Source: Simkaniaceae bacterium
Lineage (GTDB): Bacteria; Chlamydiota; Chlamydiia; Chlamydiales; JACRBE01
Direction: 5' to 3'
DNA: 64,000 nt
Assembly (NCBI GenBank): GCA_021734805.1
Contig: JAIPIG010000003.1
Location: 10,781 to 74,780, forward strand
Made by a program: the position numbers and the translations under genes. Shown here one piece after another: positions 18,274-27,394 of the stretch. How positions within the stretch are numbered: position 1 is the stretch's first letter; each line of letters begins with the position of its first letter. The notes beneath the pieces are model-generated. The model did no database searches. It worked only from the letters and a program-made list of their open reading frames with translations, and was not told the origin of the DNA.

Positions 18274-20629
18274 TCATATTTCCAAAGATAAGTTTAAAAC
18301 TTTGAGCAAATAACTTTTGTTTTTGAGCTTTCTGCGCTTCAAGCAATCGACATAAATATTCGGGACAATCACCGGCTCGTCTTTTAATCTCTTCCTCTTT
18401 AATTTTTTCCATATCAGTATAAGGATCGTTAATCACTTTGGGCGTGATAAAAATAAACATCTCAGTCAACTCATCTGTCATTCTAGAAAATCCGAATAAT
18501 TTTGCAATCCCGGGGATTTCTCCAAGGAATGGGACTTTTTCATTAGAGTCATCACTTGTTTTCCGGCGAAGGCCCCCTATAACGATTGTTTGGCCATCAA
18601 CAACCCGAACTTGATTTTCCAAATGCCTTCGATCCACTTTGGGCTGATCATTGATATCACTTTTTTGCGTATCAAATGTGATGTTCGTCTTTAATGTCAC
18701 GTGTGTTTGTTGATTTTCGTCCCCCGGATCCGGCTCATGAATGGTCGGTGTCATATAAATCGTAATTCCATATTGTTTACGAATATATGCCTTCTCAAAC
18801 GTAATATTTTGATTATTATTGATCGGCGCAGCTCCGGAATTGACCGATAATTCTTCAACTAAAGAAATTGTGGCCGGCGTTTGATTAATCATTGTCGTTG
18901 AAGGAGAAGAATTGATCCGAATATCATCCTGCGACATTAGAAAATTATATGTGATATCAAATGCGGGGATTGAAGATCTTGTCTTTGGGCGAGAAATAAA
19001 AAATGAGAAAAGTCCTTTAGGAATTGCACTTGCAGAAGCATCAAAATCGATTCCCGTTTGGCGTATATTCGATGCTGCCGAACCGAGCTTCAATAAATTG
19101 AGCCCCGTATTTGTGTTGTAAGTGACTTTCTTCTCACAAAGAAGCACCTCAACATGAACCATTTTCTTTGGTACATCCAATTTTTTTAGCAATTCTTTAA
19201 TCTGACCGAAAGTATCCCTTCTCACGACCATCATAAGGGCACCGGTTTTGGGATAAGGGATAAAATTGCGCGTATGCGCTACCTTAGATTTCTTTGTTTC
19301 TTCAGTAGAAAGCGCTGCCGGAGGATTGACCGGATTAGGCGCATTGATAATATTGTCCTCAATATAGGGCGGCGGTGGGTATTCGGGATCGGAAATATCG
19401 ATATTGACATTTTGTTGCGCATCGATTTTTTCATTTTTTTTATCATTTAACGAATAGCAAATTAACGAGGAATAAACCTTTTGCAATACCTCGGCAAGGT
19501 CATTGGGATCACTGTGTTTACAGTTATACCACTCGAGTGTCATCTCACAAGGAATTTCAAATTGAGTTTCCGTATCTTGAATAATCTGCTCTGCTTTTAA
19601 CACTAAATCTCGACTTCCTACAATAGCAAGCGAATGTTCATTGGCAAGGGGTAGAATGGAAATGTCATTAATCCCCTTTGCCATTGAATAGCGATCGGAC
19701 TCCATCACACTACCGAAAAACGCTTTCAGAATTTTTTGCATTTCTTCCGTTTTGATTTTGCTACATCCAACAATACGCGTGATCTTTTCATCGCCCTTTT
19801 CCCATACGGATTGATAGAGTTGAACGAGTTTTAATACCTCTTCCTTTGTTGAAACAAGGGAGATTTTATTTCCCACTGTGTAGACAAATGTTCGAGACGG
19901 ATCTCTGAAACGCTCGAGAAAATGATACGCATTTTTAAAGTGCTCCGGAAGCGGCGAAAAGATATAAATCACGCGCGTTAAATCGGCCAAACTCAATAAA
20001 TGCTCGTAGTCATTTGTAATGATTGAAGCGGAAACTAAATCTTTCTTTAAGGAAAACAACTTCCGAGTATAGGGATTAACCTGCTCAATTCCTATGCCAT
20101 TATGGGCAAGAATGATTTCAATCAAATCACTCCACGATTCCCTTGGAATGGGAATCCCTGAGTGAAGATTTAGTTTGCTTGCCGCTAAATCAGGGGGAAT
20201 CACATAGAGATAATCACTTGATCCATACTCCAAAATCAATTGCGATACTGTTGTCTCTTCCTGATCCCATAAACCATACCCCTCACCATCTTCACGCGTA
20301 TTTTGGAGTGCCTTTTGCCTCCAATCCGATTCGCTTTGATAAAGTTGCTCTTTGACTTGATTGATTTGAGAGAGTAGAGCTTGAAACTCATGATCATGAG
20401 CATGGTTTTGAATTAAGAGATCAATCTGTTGATACTGCGCCTTAAGTTGCTGTCGCAACTGAGATAACTTTGGATTGAGCTGCTTAACTTCTGCTTCAAT
20501 ATCAAAGCCCTCTTCGATTTCATTTGAACCGAGCTGCCCCATTTTTTCATCAATCGAAATGGCGGATAAAACTGACAAAGAGATCAGCGAGATTACAATA
20601 ATAAATGCTCTGCCAATTTTTATTTTCAT
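18266..20629 (-). CDS. gspD: Type II secretion secretin GspD (with long N-terminal coiled-coil extension)
   Basis: Signal peptide, and a C-terminal secretin domain with GQTIVIGGLRR...VPFLGEIPGIAKLFG. It overlaps the gspE start by 8 nt. Confidence 0.9.
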   Translation of the reverse strand: MKIKIGRAFIIVISLISLSVLSAISIDEKMGQLGSNEIEEGFDIEAEVKQLNPKLSQLRQQLKAQYQQIDLLIQNHAHDHEFQALLSQINQVKEQLYQSESDWRQKALQNTREDGEGYGLWDQEETTVSQLILEYGSSDYLYVIPPDLAASKLNLHSGIPIPRESWSDLIEIILAHNGIGIEQVNPYTRKLFSLKKDLVSASIITNDYEHLLSLADLTRVIYIFSPLPEHFKNAYHFLERFRDPSRTFVYTVGNKISLVSTKEEVLKLVQLYQSVWEKGDEKITRIVGCSKIKTEEMQKILKAFFGSVMESDRYSMAKGINDISILPLANEHSLAIVGSRDLVLKAEQIIQDTETQFEIPCEMTLEWYNCKHSDPNDLAEVLQKVYSSLICYSLNDKKNEKIDAQQNVNIDISDPEYPPPPYIEDNIINAPNPVNPPAALSTEETKKSKVAHTRNFIPYPKTGALMMVVRRDTFGQIKELLKKLDVPKKMVHVEVLLCEKKVTYNTNTGLNLLKLGSAASNIRQTGIDFDASASAIPKGLFSFFISRPKTRSSIPAFDITYNFLMSQDDIRINSSPSTTMINQTPATISLVEELSVNSGAAPINNNQNITFEKAYIRKQYGITIYMTPTIHEPDPGDENQQTHVTLKTNITFDTQKSDINDQPKVDRRHLENQVRVVDGQTIVIGGLRRKTSDDSNEKVPFLGEIPGIAKLFGFSRMTDELTEMFIFITPKVINDPYTDMEKIKEEEIKRRAGDCPEYLCRLLEAQKAQKQKLFAQSFKLIFGNMND

Positions 20630-20647
20630 GTATCACTCAAGCTTTTC

Positions 20648-21973
20648 TTAAAAATCAAAGTCAAAATAATCAAACTCCATATCCGAATCATCAAAACTCA
20701 TGTCATTGATCATCTCATCGGGAAATTCTTTTTTCGTATCTCCTAAAATGCCTCTTTTTTTCTTTTCCGAAAAATTAAGTGCTACTTGTTGCGATATCGA
20801 TCGCGTCTTGTCAAAAAGATTTCCAATCACAACGGATTGCCCCTCTCTTTTTTCAAGAGCGTCGAAAACAAATAATTCGCCGATTAATTTACCCGTTAAG
20901 TAATCATTGAAATCATTAGGTGTTTTAATAATCTTCCACCCAAGTTTAGTGTGCAGTACCCAATCGCCCTTTTTTAGAAGCGTATTTTTATTCCCAAGCA
21001 GACACGATATGGATGTACCGGTTCGTTTGCGGATGCGTTTGATCACATCTTCAAAATTAAAATCGATTACCGAAGGTTGTTCCAAATTCAAACTAACACG
21101 GGTTTTTTCTAAACCATTTTCACTCCACACCTGGAACCGGGCTTCACGCCCTTCAACTTGCATCAATTGAACAACCGGCCCTGATCCCTTTTCAAAAGAC
21201 AATCGCCCCTCTCGAAAAAATAACGGCTCCTTGAAGGATATGAATATAACATCTTGCTCATTTTGTGGGTCAATTTGTAATCGATATTTTCCCTGTTTAT
21301 CCCGATGCGCATCATCTCCATATTTTTCATAAAGTTGATCGGGATTCAATAAGGTGCTACGCATTAAATACTTGGCGCAAAGCTGAGTTGTTAAATCACA
21401 TACCGACTCTTTAGAAATTGCCACACCCATCGGGTAATAACGGCGACTTTCAACAAGTCGATCCCCCATCTCATCAATCACGTCAAGCCCCACTTCCAAT
21501 ATGACTCCTTGATCTTCTTGATCCAAGCGAATCCATATTGGAGACGGGATATCCTCAAAATAGAGTTTCCCCCTATCTAATTCACTAAATCCTAAATAAA
21601 CTCTTTCATGCGGCTTAATGGTACGGCTTTGATCCGTATTTTGGATTCCAATAACATACTGCATAGAGTCCCGATCCGCATCGGGCCTGTCATTGAGCGC
21701 TAATAACTTGAGATGATTAATAATATCCGGAATAGGAATATCCGTCTCATTTCTACTAATAGCAAGGGGGCCCAAATTGAAAGATTCAATCTTTGCAACA
21801 CTTCGATCAATTTCCCTGTTAATGTGGCACTGATCTTGGGATAATTGTTCCATCTTTGGACTTGAAAAAAGAGAGACACATAAAAACCCCAAAGCAAGGC
21901 AAAAAGAAAATCCGGCTAAAATCCGGCCAAACCTTAAATAATATAGAACTTGAAAATAAGAAATTTTATCCAT
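20648..21973 (-). CDS. Membrane-anchored protein in the GspC position of the T2SS operon (function unassigned)
   Basis: 441 aa with the N-terminal TM ILAGFSFCLALGFLCVSLF and a strongly acidic tail DDSDMEFDYFDFDF. It sits 18 nt upstream of gspD on the same strand. I could see no PDZ or HR motif. Confidence 0.6.
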   Translation of the reverse strand: MDKISYFQVLYYLRFGRILAGFSFCLALGFLCVSLFSSPKMEQLSQDQCHINREIDRSVAKIESFNLGPLAISRNETDIPIPDIINHLKLLALNDRPDADRDSMQYVIGIQNTDQSRTIKPHERVYLGFSELDRGKLYFEDIPSPIWIRLDQEDQGVILEVGLDVIDEMGDRLVESRRYYPMGVAISKESVCDLTTQLCAKYLMRSTLLNPDQLYEKYGDDAHRDKQGKYRLQIDPQNEQDVIFISFKEPLFFREGRLSFEKGSGPVVQLMQVEGREARFQVWSENGLEKTRVSLNLEQPSVIDFNFEDVIKRIRKRTGTSISCLLGNKNTLLKKGDWVLHTKLGWKIIKTPNDFNDYLTGKLIGELFVFDALEKREGQSVVIGNLFDKTRSISQQVALNFSEKKKRGILGDTKKEFPDEMINDMSFDDSDMEFDYFDFDF

Positions 21974-22051
21974 TCAATTGCCAAAACCAACTCATATTAA
22001 GTCGTCGCTAGAGAATAAAATAGCAAATCAAAAAAAGCAAAAAAAAATAAC

Positions 22052-22190
22052 TATACCGAGAGTGATTAAAAAATCCCCCCCATGAATAGGGGCGATTTTT
22101 TAACGGTTAAGGAATATTGGCTATCACATCGCCCGGCCGCGTGAACTCCCAGCTGAAGCAGGGAGATTGCAGCTTAGCCCCCGTTCAAGA
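22052..22190 (+). repeat. Family-1 dispersed repeat, long copy (~139 bp)
   Basis: TATACCGAGAGTGATT-AAAAAATCCCCCCATGAATAGGGGCGATTTTTT-AACGGTTAAGGAATATTGGCTATCACATC-GCCCGGCCGCGTGA-...GGGAGATTGCAGCTTAGCC...GTTCAAGAG. It aligns over about 125 bp with the reverse complement of 61852-61975 and in part with 29708, 34698, 56614 and 56954. Confidence 0.85.
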
Positions 22191-22198
22191 GTTATTTT

Positions 22199-22221
22199 CT
22201 CACCTTACGCAAAAATGAAGG
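22199..22221 (+). repeat. Family-3 repeat, half copy (CTCACCTTACGCAAAAATGAAGG)
   Basis: The 23-nt sequence is identical to the left arm of the 54101-54185 palindrome. Only the first 6 nt of the right arm (CCTTCA) follow. Confidence 0.85.
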
Positions 22222-22261
22222 GCCTTCAGCCTGATCGAGCATCGGCGCTCCGGATTCTAAA

Positions 22262-22433
22262 CTCGACTTTGCAACTTTTTGGGCCCGCCTGCCTCGTCTA
22301 TTTGCTCTCGGACGCTCGACCGTAGGTCGAGCTAGGAGATTATTAAAACCGGGAAAACCCCTTCCCGGTTTTAATAACTCCCCCGAAAACAAATATCTCG
22401 AGGCCTTCGGGTCCAAAAAGTTGCAAAGTCGAG
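22262..22433. repeat. Nested palindrome block: 25-bp outer inverted repeat enclosing two near-perfect hairpins
   Basis: The outer repeat is CTCGACTTTGCAACTTTTTGGGCCC (22262-22286) against GGGTCCAAAAAGTTGCAAAGTCGAG (22409-22433), a 24/25 match. The inner hairpins are GCTCGACC-GTA-GGTCGAGC and GAGATTATTAAAACCGGGAA-AACCCC-TTCCCGGTTTTAATAACTC (19/20). Confidence 0.85.
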
Positions 22434-22662
22434 CTAAAAATTCCAACTATTGAATTATGAACGGCATACAAATAACTAATTATTAAATAATTAAGATTGT
22501 AAAAAATTTATTTGATATTATTGATTAAAAACCCCAAAGCATATATTTTGAAATTAAGAAGAATAAGAGAGGTCAAAATCCCCATTTCATGGGAGAAATA
22601 GGCATCTTACCTAAGGGGTGGGATATCTATTTCGAATGCACCTCAAAAGTAAAGGTCGTGTT

Positions 22663-23079
22663 ATGGCAAAAAATCAGGATGGCAAGCAAGGCTTTACAGT
22701 ACAAGAGATTGAGAATGTAGCAAAAAAGTACAAATTTGAAGCTTTCTTCTGCCTCTCATTTCTATTAGCTGCTCTTTTTAGTTATATATGGAAAATTGAA
22801 GGTTGGAGCATTTTTATCTGTGCCCTTGGCGGCGTTATAGGCATGCTTGTCCCACAATATACTGAAAAATTTATGGGATTTATCTTAGGTTTTACCTGTA
22901 AACAAGAAAAAGTCACTCAAATTGTGATTGGGGTGATTCTTCTTGTTCTCTCTGTACTGATTGCACCTGTCGTTTTCCTTTTCCTTGGATTAATGGGAGG
23001 AAAATCTATCCACAAAGATACCGCTCATCATAAAGGGCTTCATTTACATGGCCATTTAGATGAAACGCATAAAGAATAG
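22663..23079 (+). CDS. Small membrane protein with His-rich C-terminal tail
   Basis: The first ATG is at 22663 (the track start at 22618 is GTG). There are three or four hydrophobic helices, the tail is HKDTAHHKGLHLHGHLDETHKE, and a terminator follows. Confidence 0.6.
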   Translation: MAKNQDGKQGFTVQEIENVAKKYKFEAFFCLSFLLAALFSYIWKIEGWSIFICALGGVIGMLVPQYTEKFMGFILGFTCKQEKVTQIVIGVILLVLSVLIAPVVFLFLGLMGGKSIHKDTAHHKGLHLHGHLDETHKE

Positions 23080-23080
23080 A

Positions 23081-23106
23081 AAGGGGGCTTTTGCTCCCCT
23101 TTTTTA
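23081..23106 (+). terminator. Rho-independent terminator
   Basis: GGGGGC-TTTT-GCTCCCC hairpin followed by TTTTTT, immediately after the stop at 23079. Confidence 0.7.
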
Positions 23107-23118
23107 TAACCTGAGTTG
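23107..23118 (+). repeat. Family-2 solo terminus (TAACCTGAGTTG)
   Basis: The 12-mer is identical to both termini of the 33436-33574 element. Confidence 0.6.
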
Positions 23119-23139
23119 CGAGTTTACAGCAAACCCAAG

Positions 23140-23892
23140 TCACGTTGGCTGAGGGGATAACGTTTTTTGTCTCATAGAAATAAAATCTAAAAGAGACACC
23201 TGTCCCGATTGAAGGTGCTTTTGAAATTTAGTCATTGATTCTGCAGGCAAATTGAAATTCTGATATTGCTCATTTTGAGATAAATACCCATTGAGCTCTT
23301 CTAACGCCATTAGCTCTTCCTGCACCTTTCCAAGCTCGCGATACATCAAAGCAATTCTCAATTGATTGAATAATAAAATTTGAGCAAACATAGCCTGTTT
23401 CGACTCTTTAGCGTTTGATAATAACCGCGTTTTCAAATCAAGCGCAGCCTTTAATGCAGCAGGAAATGAGCCTTCTTCTATTAATAGTGATGTTCTTGAA
23501 AAATCCTGATAAACTTGCGTCTTTTCAGAGGCTGATGAGAGCAGCTTTTCAGCATGCAGCAAAGCCTCGGGCATCTTATTATTTTCGATGCATGTTTTGG
23601 CCATTAAATGTTCTATTTGCATTTTTAATTCAGGGTATTTTTTCCCAAAACCTTCCAATTGTTTGATTTGTGAATCATTTTGAGCCTGAAACTCGTGTTT
23701 TAATGCCTCAAAGGCAATAAAATCATTTTCTTTATGTGCACGACTAGTGAAAAGAAAATAAAAACCGGAAATACAAATTGCCGAAAACAAAATTCCCGCA
23801 AAAATATAACGCATACTTTCTATAATCATCTCTTTGATCCCCTTTTGAGGTTCAGTGAGAGCATTGATTAAGCGATCATCTAAATGAGACAT
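23140..23892 (-). CDS. Membrane-anchored helical-repeat (TPR-like) protein, function unknown
   Basis: 250 aa with a single N-terminal TM (YIFAGILFSAICISGFYFLF) followed by an all-helical repeat-like body. Confidence 0.6.
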   Translation of the reverse strand: MSHLDDRLINALTEPQKGIKEMIIESMRYIFAGILFSAICISGFYFLFTSRAHKENDFIAFEALKHEFQAQNDSQIKQLEGFGKKYPELKMQIEHLMAKTCIENNKMPEALLHAEKLLSSASEKTQVYQDFSRTSLLIEEGSFPAALKAALDLKTRLLSNAKESKQAMFAQILLFNQLRIALMYRELGKVQEELMALEELNGYLSQNEQYQNFNLPAESMTKFQKHLQSGQVSLLDFISMRQKTLSPQPT

Positions 23893-23924
23893 AGGCCACC
23901 TCTAAATTTAAGAACGGTATTAGA

Positions 23925-25016
23925 CTAATTGATTATCAAATTGGAGACAAGTCTCTCTTTAATCAAGCGATGCCCACTTGGAAATGGAATATCATTAAGC
24001 CGATCTAGCGGTATCCATTCAAATTGGGGCATTAATTGGACCTGAACCTCTTTTTTGAATTGGCTGATTTTCCAAATTGAGGGATATAAGGTGGCTCTAT
24101 AACGCGTAAAACCATGCTCAATGGTTCCCATTTGATCTAAAAAATCGATTTCATGTCCATATCGCCGGACAACCTCTTGCCTTAATTCATTGATCGTATA
24201 TTGCCGATCACTTTCAAAATAAGGAAAACACCATAAATTCCTCATCAATTTTTCATTCTGCTTGATTAACAACACCTTCTCATCCCATAAAAGAGCCACT
24301 GTTTGTCGATGAAGGTGCGTAATTTTAGCTTGCTTCTTTTTTTGGGGGAGATGCATCTGTATCCCTCGCTTATGAGCAATACAATGATCGACTACGGGGC
24401 AGCGATGACACTGAGGCGTCTTTTGACAAACCAAAGCTCCCAGTTCAATTAAACTTTCCATGATCTCCCAAGAGCGATTGGGCTCTAATAGATCCATCAA
24501 TATTTCTCGGAAGGCTTGCCTAGTTCGCGCAATCGATATATCAGCCTCCACCGCGAATAATCGCGATAAAACCCTCATGACATTCCCATCAATTGCATCA
24601 GCTTTACAATGAAAAGCAAAGTTGAGTATGGCTCCGGATGTATATGGCCCTATTCCCGGAATAGATTCCAATTGAGCTCGATCATTTGGAATCTCCCCTT
24701 GAAATTTTCTGACAATTTCTTGAGCTCCTTTTAATAAGCCCCTCGCCCTTGAATAATACCCAAGACCTTCCCATATTTTAATCACCTCCTCCTCTGAAGC
24801 CCCAGCGAGGGCCTCAACGGTTGGAAACCGATCCAACCATTTTAGATAATAGGGGATTACAACATTGACTTGCGTCTGCTGAAGCATAACTTCGGAAACC
24901 CATACAGAATAAGGCGTTGGATTTTTCCTCCAGGGGAGCTCTCTTTTATGTTGATAAAACCATTGGCGTATGGCATGTATGAAATCAGATAAAGCATTCA
25001 TAATAACTTCTACCAT
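23925..25016 (-). CDS. mutY: A/G-specific adenine DNA glycosylase MutY
   Basis: HhH-GPD motifs (WVSEVMLQQTQV, GIGPYTSGAILNFAF), the 4Fe-4S cluster loop CQKTPQCHRCPVVDHC and a C-terminal NUDIX-like domain. An alternative ATG lies at 25001. Confidence 0.9.
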   Translation of the reverse strand: MVEVIMNALSDFIHAIRQWFYQHKRELPWRKNPTPYSVWVSEVMLQQTQVNVVIPYYLKWLDRFPTVEALAGASEEEVIKIWEGLGYYSRARGLLKGAQEIVRKFQGEIPNDRAQLESIPGIGPYTSGAILNFAFHCKADAIDGNVMRVLSRLFAVEADISIARTRQAFREILMDLLEPNRSWEIMESLIELGALVCQKTPQCHRCPVVDHCIAHKRGIQMHLPQKKKQAKITHLHRQTVALLWDEKVLLIKQNEKLMRNLWCFPYFESDRQYTINELRQEVVRRYGHEIDFLDQMGTIEHGFTRYRATLYPSIWKISQFKKEVQVQLMPQFEWIPLDRLNDIPFPSGHRLIKERLVSNLIIN

Positions 25017-25040
25017 TCAGATTTAATAAAAAGGTGTTCC

Positions 25041-25445
25041 TTGTCTAATTCAGCCTATCACAGTAACGAGTCAGACGGTTCTTTGCAACCCATCGATCTC
25101 TTTAAAAAAGAAATCTCTTTTTTAAGAGAAATTCTCTCACTTTATGCCATTGAAGAATCCTTTATTTTAAAGGGTGACATGGAAGGATTGGCAGAAGTTA
25201 GACAAAGAATAGAACAGATCAAAAATGAGATTGTATCAATTCATACTCAAGTCCTTTCATTAGAATCGGATGATGAATGTGATACCGCCTTTTTTCTCAG
25301 CCAAATTGATGCCTTGAATCAAGAGATGAAAGATAAAACGTCCTGCTTAAAAAACATCATATCGCCCCCTCAAGTCCCCGTCAAAACACAGAAAATGAAG
25401 CAACAGATATTGACTAAAGAGATTGATTCCAATAAAGCTGCATGA
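25041..25445 (+). CDS. Hypothetical coiled-coil protein, translationally coupled to the TagF-like gene
   Basis: 134 aa with a TTG start after AAAAGG. Its stop overlaps the next ATG (ATGA at 25442-25445). I recognised no motif. Confidence 0.5.
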   Translation: MSNSAYHSNESDGSLQPIDLFKKEISFLREILSLYAIEESFILKGDMEGLAEVRQRIEQIKNEIVSIHTQVLSLESDDECDTAFFLSQIDALNQEMKDKTSCLKNIISPPQVPVKTQKMKQQILTKEIDSNKAA

Positions 25446-26596
25446 AAAACAGATTGAGATCAGATGATGACAACTTTTCAAATGAATCCTTTCTTAAGTT
25501 AAGCCATATTGCAGCCTATCTCATTGGGAATTATATGCACCATCTCGATCACCTTGCTCCCCTTGCATCTCTGCTCGACATTCCACTCATCATTGACGAT
25601 GCGTCACTCGTGCTTCAAGCCAAAAAATATTATCCCCATCTGAAGATTTTTACTCTGTATGAACAAAGCACGATTCGAAATGCCCTGCCAAATCTTCTTG
25701 CTGTGATTACATGTCACCCCAAAAAAATGGCTCAAGTGAGCCTATTCCCACTAGAGCATTTAATAGGACACCCCCTCCAGCCCATCTGGTGCCCACATGG
25801 AAATTCTGATAAAGGAGCGCATTCATTTTTTATGGAGGCTCTTGCCGATGACGATTATTTGTTGGTTTATGGGAATAAAATGATTGATTTTCTTAGAGAT
25901 AAAAATGCACTTTCACATCATGCTAAAATAATCCAAGTGGGTCATTACCGATATGAATATTTTAAGAACAACCAACTAAATGTTCAGATTCGATTGAAAG
26001 CAGACGCAAAAAAACAACTCTTGAATTCCGAGAAACATAAATACCGTATTTTGTATGCGCCCACTTGGCAACCCGCCTCAGAAACCCATTTGCTGATTGA
26101 AGAGCTTAATGCATTCAAGTGCCTTTCACACTATGATATCCTAATCAAGCTCCATCCAAATACACTATCCCTGTCTGATCCACATCTTCTGAGTGTCCTC
26201 TATCAACTCGAAGACCTTCCCCATATTACCTTTGTCAATGACCTTCCGATTATTCACCCTATTCTAAATTCCGTTGATCTCTATATTGGAGATACATCTT
26301 CGATAGGCTACGATTTTTTGGTTTTTAACCGGCCCATGATATTTATCGTTCACTCTGAGAAACAACACTTAGATAAAGGCCCTCTATATCTTCATCGCTG
26401 CGGTTACTGCCTTCACTTTGGCCAATGCGCTGATTTAGAGTCACTGATTGATAAAGCGTTAATGTCAACACACAACGATCCATTTTACGCCATTCGACAA
26501 GAAACTTATGCCTATACTTTCACTCCGCTACCGAGCGGGATGCGTCTGAAGGATTGGATAGGGGGGCAATTGTCGAATATACGCCTTCATGTCTAA
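25442..26596 (+). CDS. CDP-glycerol glycerophosphotransferase-like enzyme (TagB/TagF family)
   Basis: ILYAPTWQP...LIKLHPNT...LYIGDTSSIGYDFLVFNRPMIF matches the TagF-family pattern YAPTWR...K.HP...(D/T)YSS...DF....P(I/M)IF. Confidence 0.65.
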   Translation: MKNRLRSDDDNFSNESFLKLSHIAAYLIGNYMHHLDHLAPLASLLDIPLIIDDASLVLQAKKYYPHLKIFTLYEQSTIRNALPNLLAVITCHPKKMAQVSLFPLEHLIGHPLQPIWCPHGNSDKGAHSFFMEALADDDYLLVYGNKMIDFLRDKNALSHHAKIIQVGHYRYEYFKNNQLNVQIRLKADAKKQLLNSEKHKYRILYAPTWQPASETHLLIEELNAFKCLSHYDILIKLHPNTLSLSDPHLLSVLYQLEDLPHITFVNDLPIIHPILNSVDLYIGDTSSIGYDFLVFNRPMIFIVHSEKQHLDKGPLYLHRCGYCLHFGQCADLESLIDKALMSTHNDPFYAIRQETYAYTFTPLPSGMRLKDWIGGQLSNIRLHV

Positions 26597-27394
26597 TTGT
26601 TCTTTTGCCTTATGTCTAAAATCGCTATTGGCATTTGATTTGTTATATATATACATAACTTCCGGAATGAAGAAGGCGTGTTCCCTAGCCATATCAAGCA
26701 TCGGGAGCATAAAAGCTTGATCTGCAGATGCCGAAATAAATTTCTTCTGATGCATTAAGTCATTTTTATGAATTTTTTTGAATAAGCCGGCATAAAAGGT
26801 ACGTAGATGGGAAGTCTTCCAGACTTTTTTTCTCAATTGGGCATGCCTCAGTTCTTCTATTGAGCACGGGGCATTTAGACCGATCCGTCCGGATGGCCAT
26901 TCTCGGTATTGTCCATAGGTAAGCCAAACATTATCTGATTGGTAATAGGAGTTGAGATTCTTTAATACATCCGGATGGGGGAACCAATCATCTCCATCAA
27001 GGATCACAACAATTTCCCAATTTCTCATCGAATGGACAGCTCGATATGTATTAAACATTCCCCCCAGATTTTGTGAATTGCGGTAAACCTGAACCTTACA
27101 AGGGTTGTGTTTGTTCCTAACCATCTCCATCATTTTGCAATAGGTCGAATCTGATGAGTGATCATCGACATATATCACCCTAAAATTCTTATATGATTGA
27201 GAAAAAACCGATTCCAGATTTTTTTTCACATAGACTTCATTATTATATGAGCAGATGAGCACGACAAAGGGGCGATACTGATGAATAGATAAAGAGCGCT
27301 TTGCAGTATTATCGGCAAAAAATCTACTGCAACTCAGTAAAATACAGAGAAGTAAAATAGGTTTACATCGAATCAATGCAAAAATCTCTTTCAA
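26528..27394 (-). CDS. Family 2 glycosyltransferase (GT-A fold) with N-terminal signal anchor
   Basis: FVVLICSYNNEVYVKKNLESVFSQSYKNFRVIYVDDHSSDST is the GT2 N-terminal signature, and the DxD is in VILDGDDW. TTG start at 27394 (alternative TTG at 27376). The 3' end overlaps the convergent TagF-like gene by 69 nt. Confidence 0.8.
   Translation of the reverse strand: MKEIFALIRCKPILLLCILLSCSRFFADNTAKRSLSIHQYRPFVVLICSYNNEVYVKKNLESVFSQSYKNFRVIYVDDHSSDSTYCKMMEMVRNKHNPCKVQVYRNSQNLGGMFNTYRAVHSMRNWEIVVILDGDDWFPHPDVLKNLNSYYQSDNVWLTYGQYREWPSGRIGLNAPCSIEELRHAQLRKKVWKTSHLRTFYAGLFKKIHKNDLMHQKKFISASADQAFMLPMLDMAREHAFFIPEVMYIYNKSNANSDFRHKAKEQLDMKAYIRQLPPYPILQTHPAR

Noticed and set aside
22199-22436. Possibility that the highly structured 22.2-kb spacer is RNase P RNA, tmRNA, 6S or SRP RNA
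   Set aside because: I could not find any of the conserved single-stranded signatures (the RNase P GGAAAGUCC/ACAGNA motifs, the tmRNA tRNA-like end and tag ORF, the SRP GGAA/AGCA loop). Helices of 19-25 perfect bp are atypical for those RNAs. A cmscan is still worthwhile.
22192-22446. 84-aa ORF on the minus strand
   Set aside because: It is the translation of the family-3 half copy plus the nested palindrome block. It is Arg/Pro/Gly-rich nonsense with no RBS.
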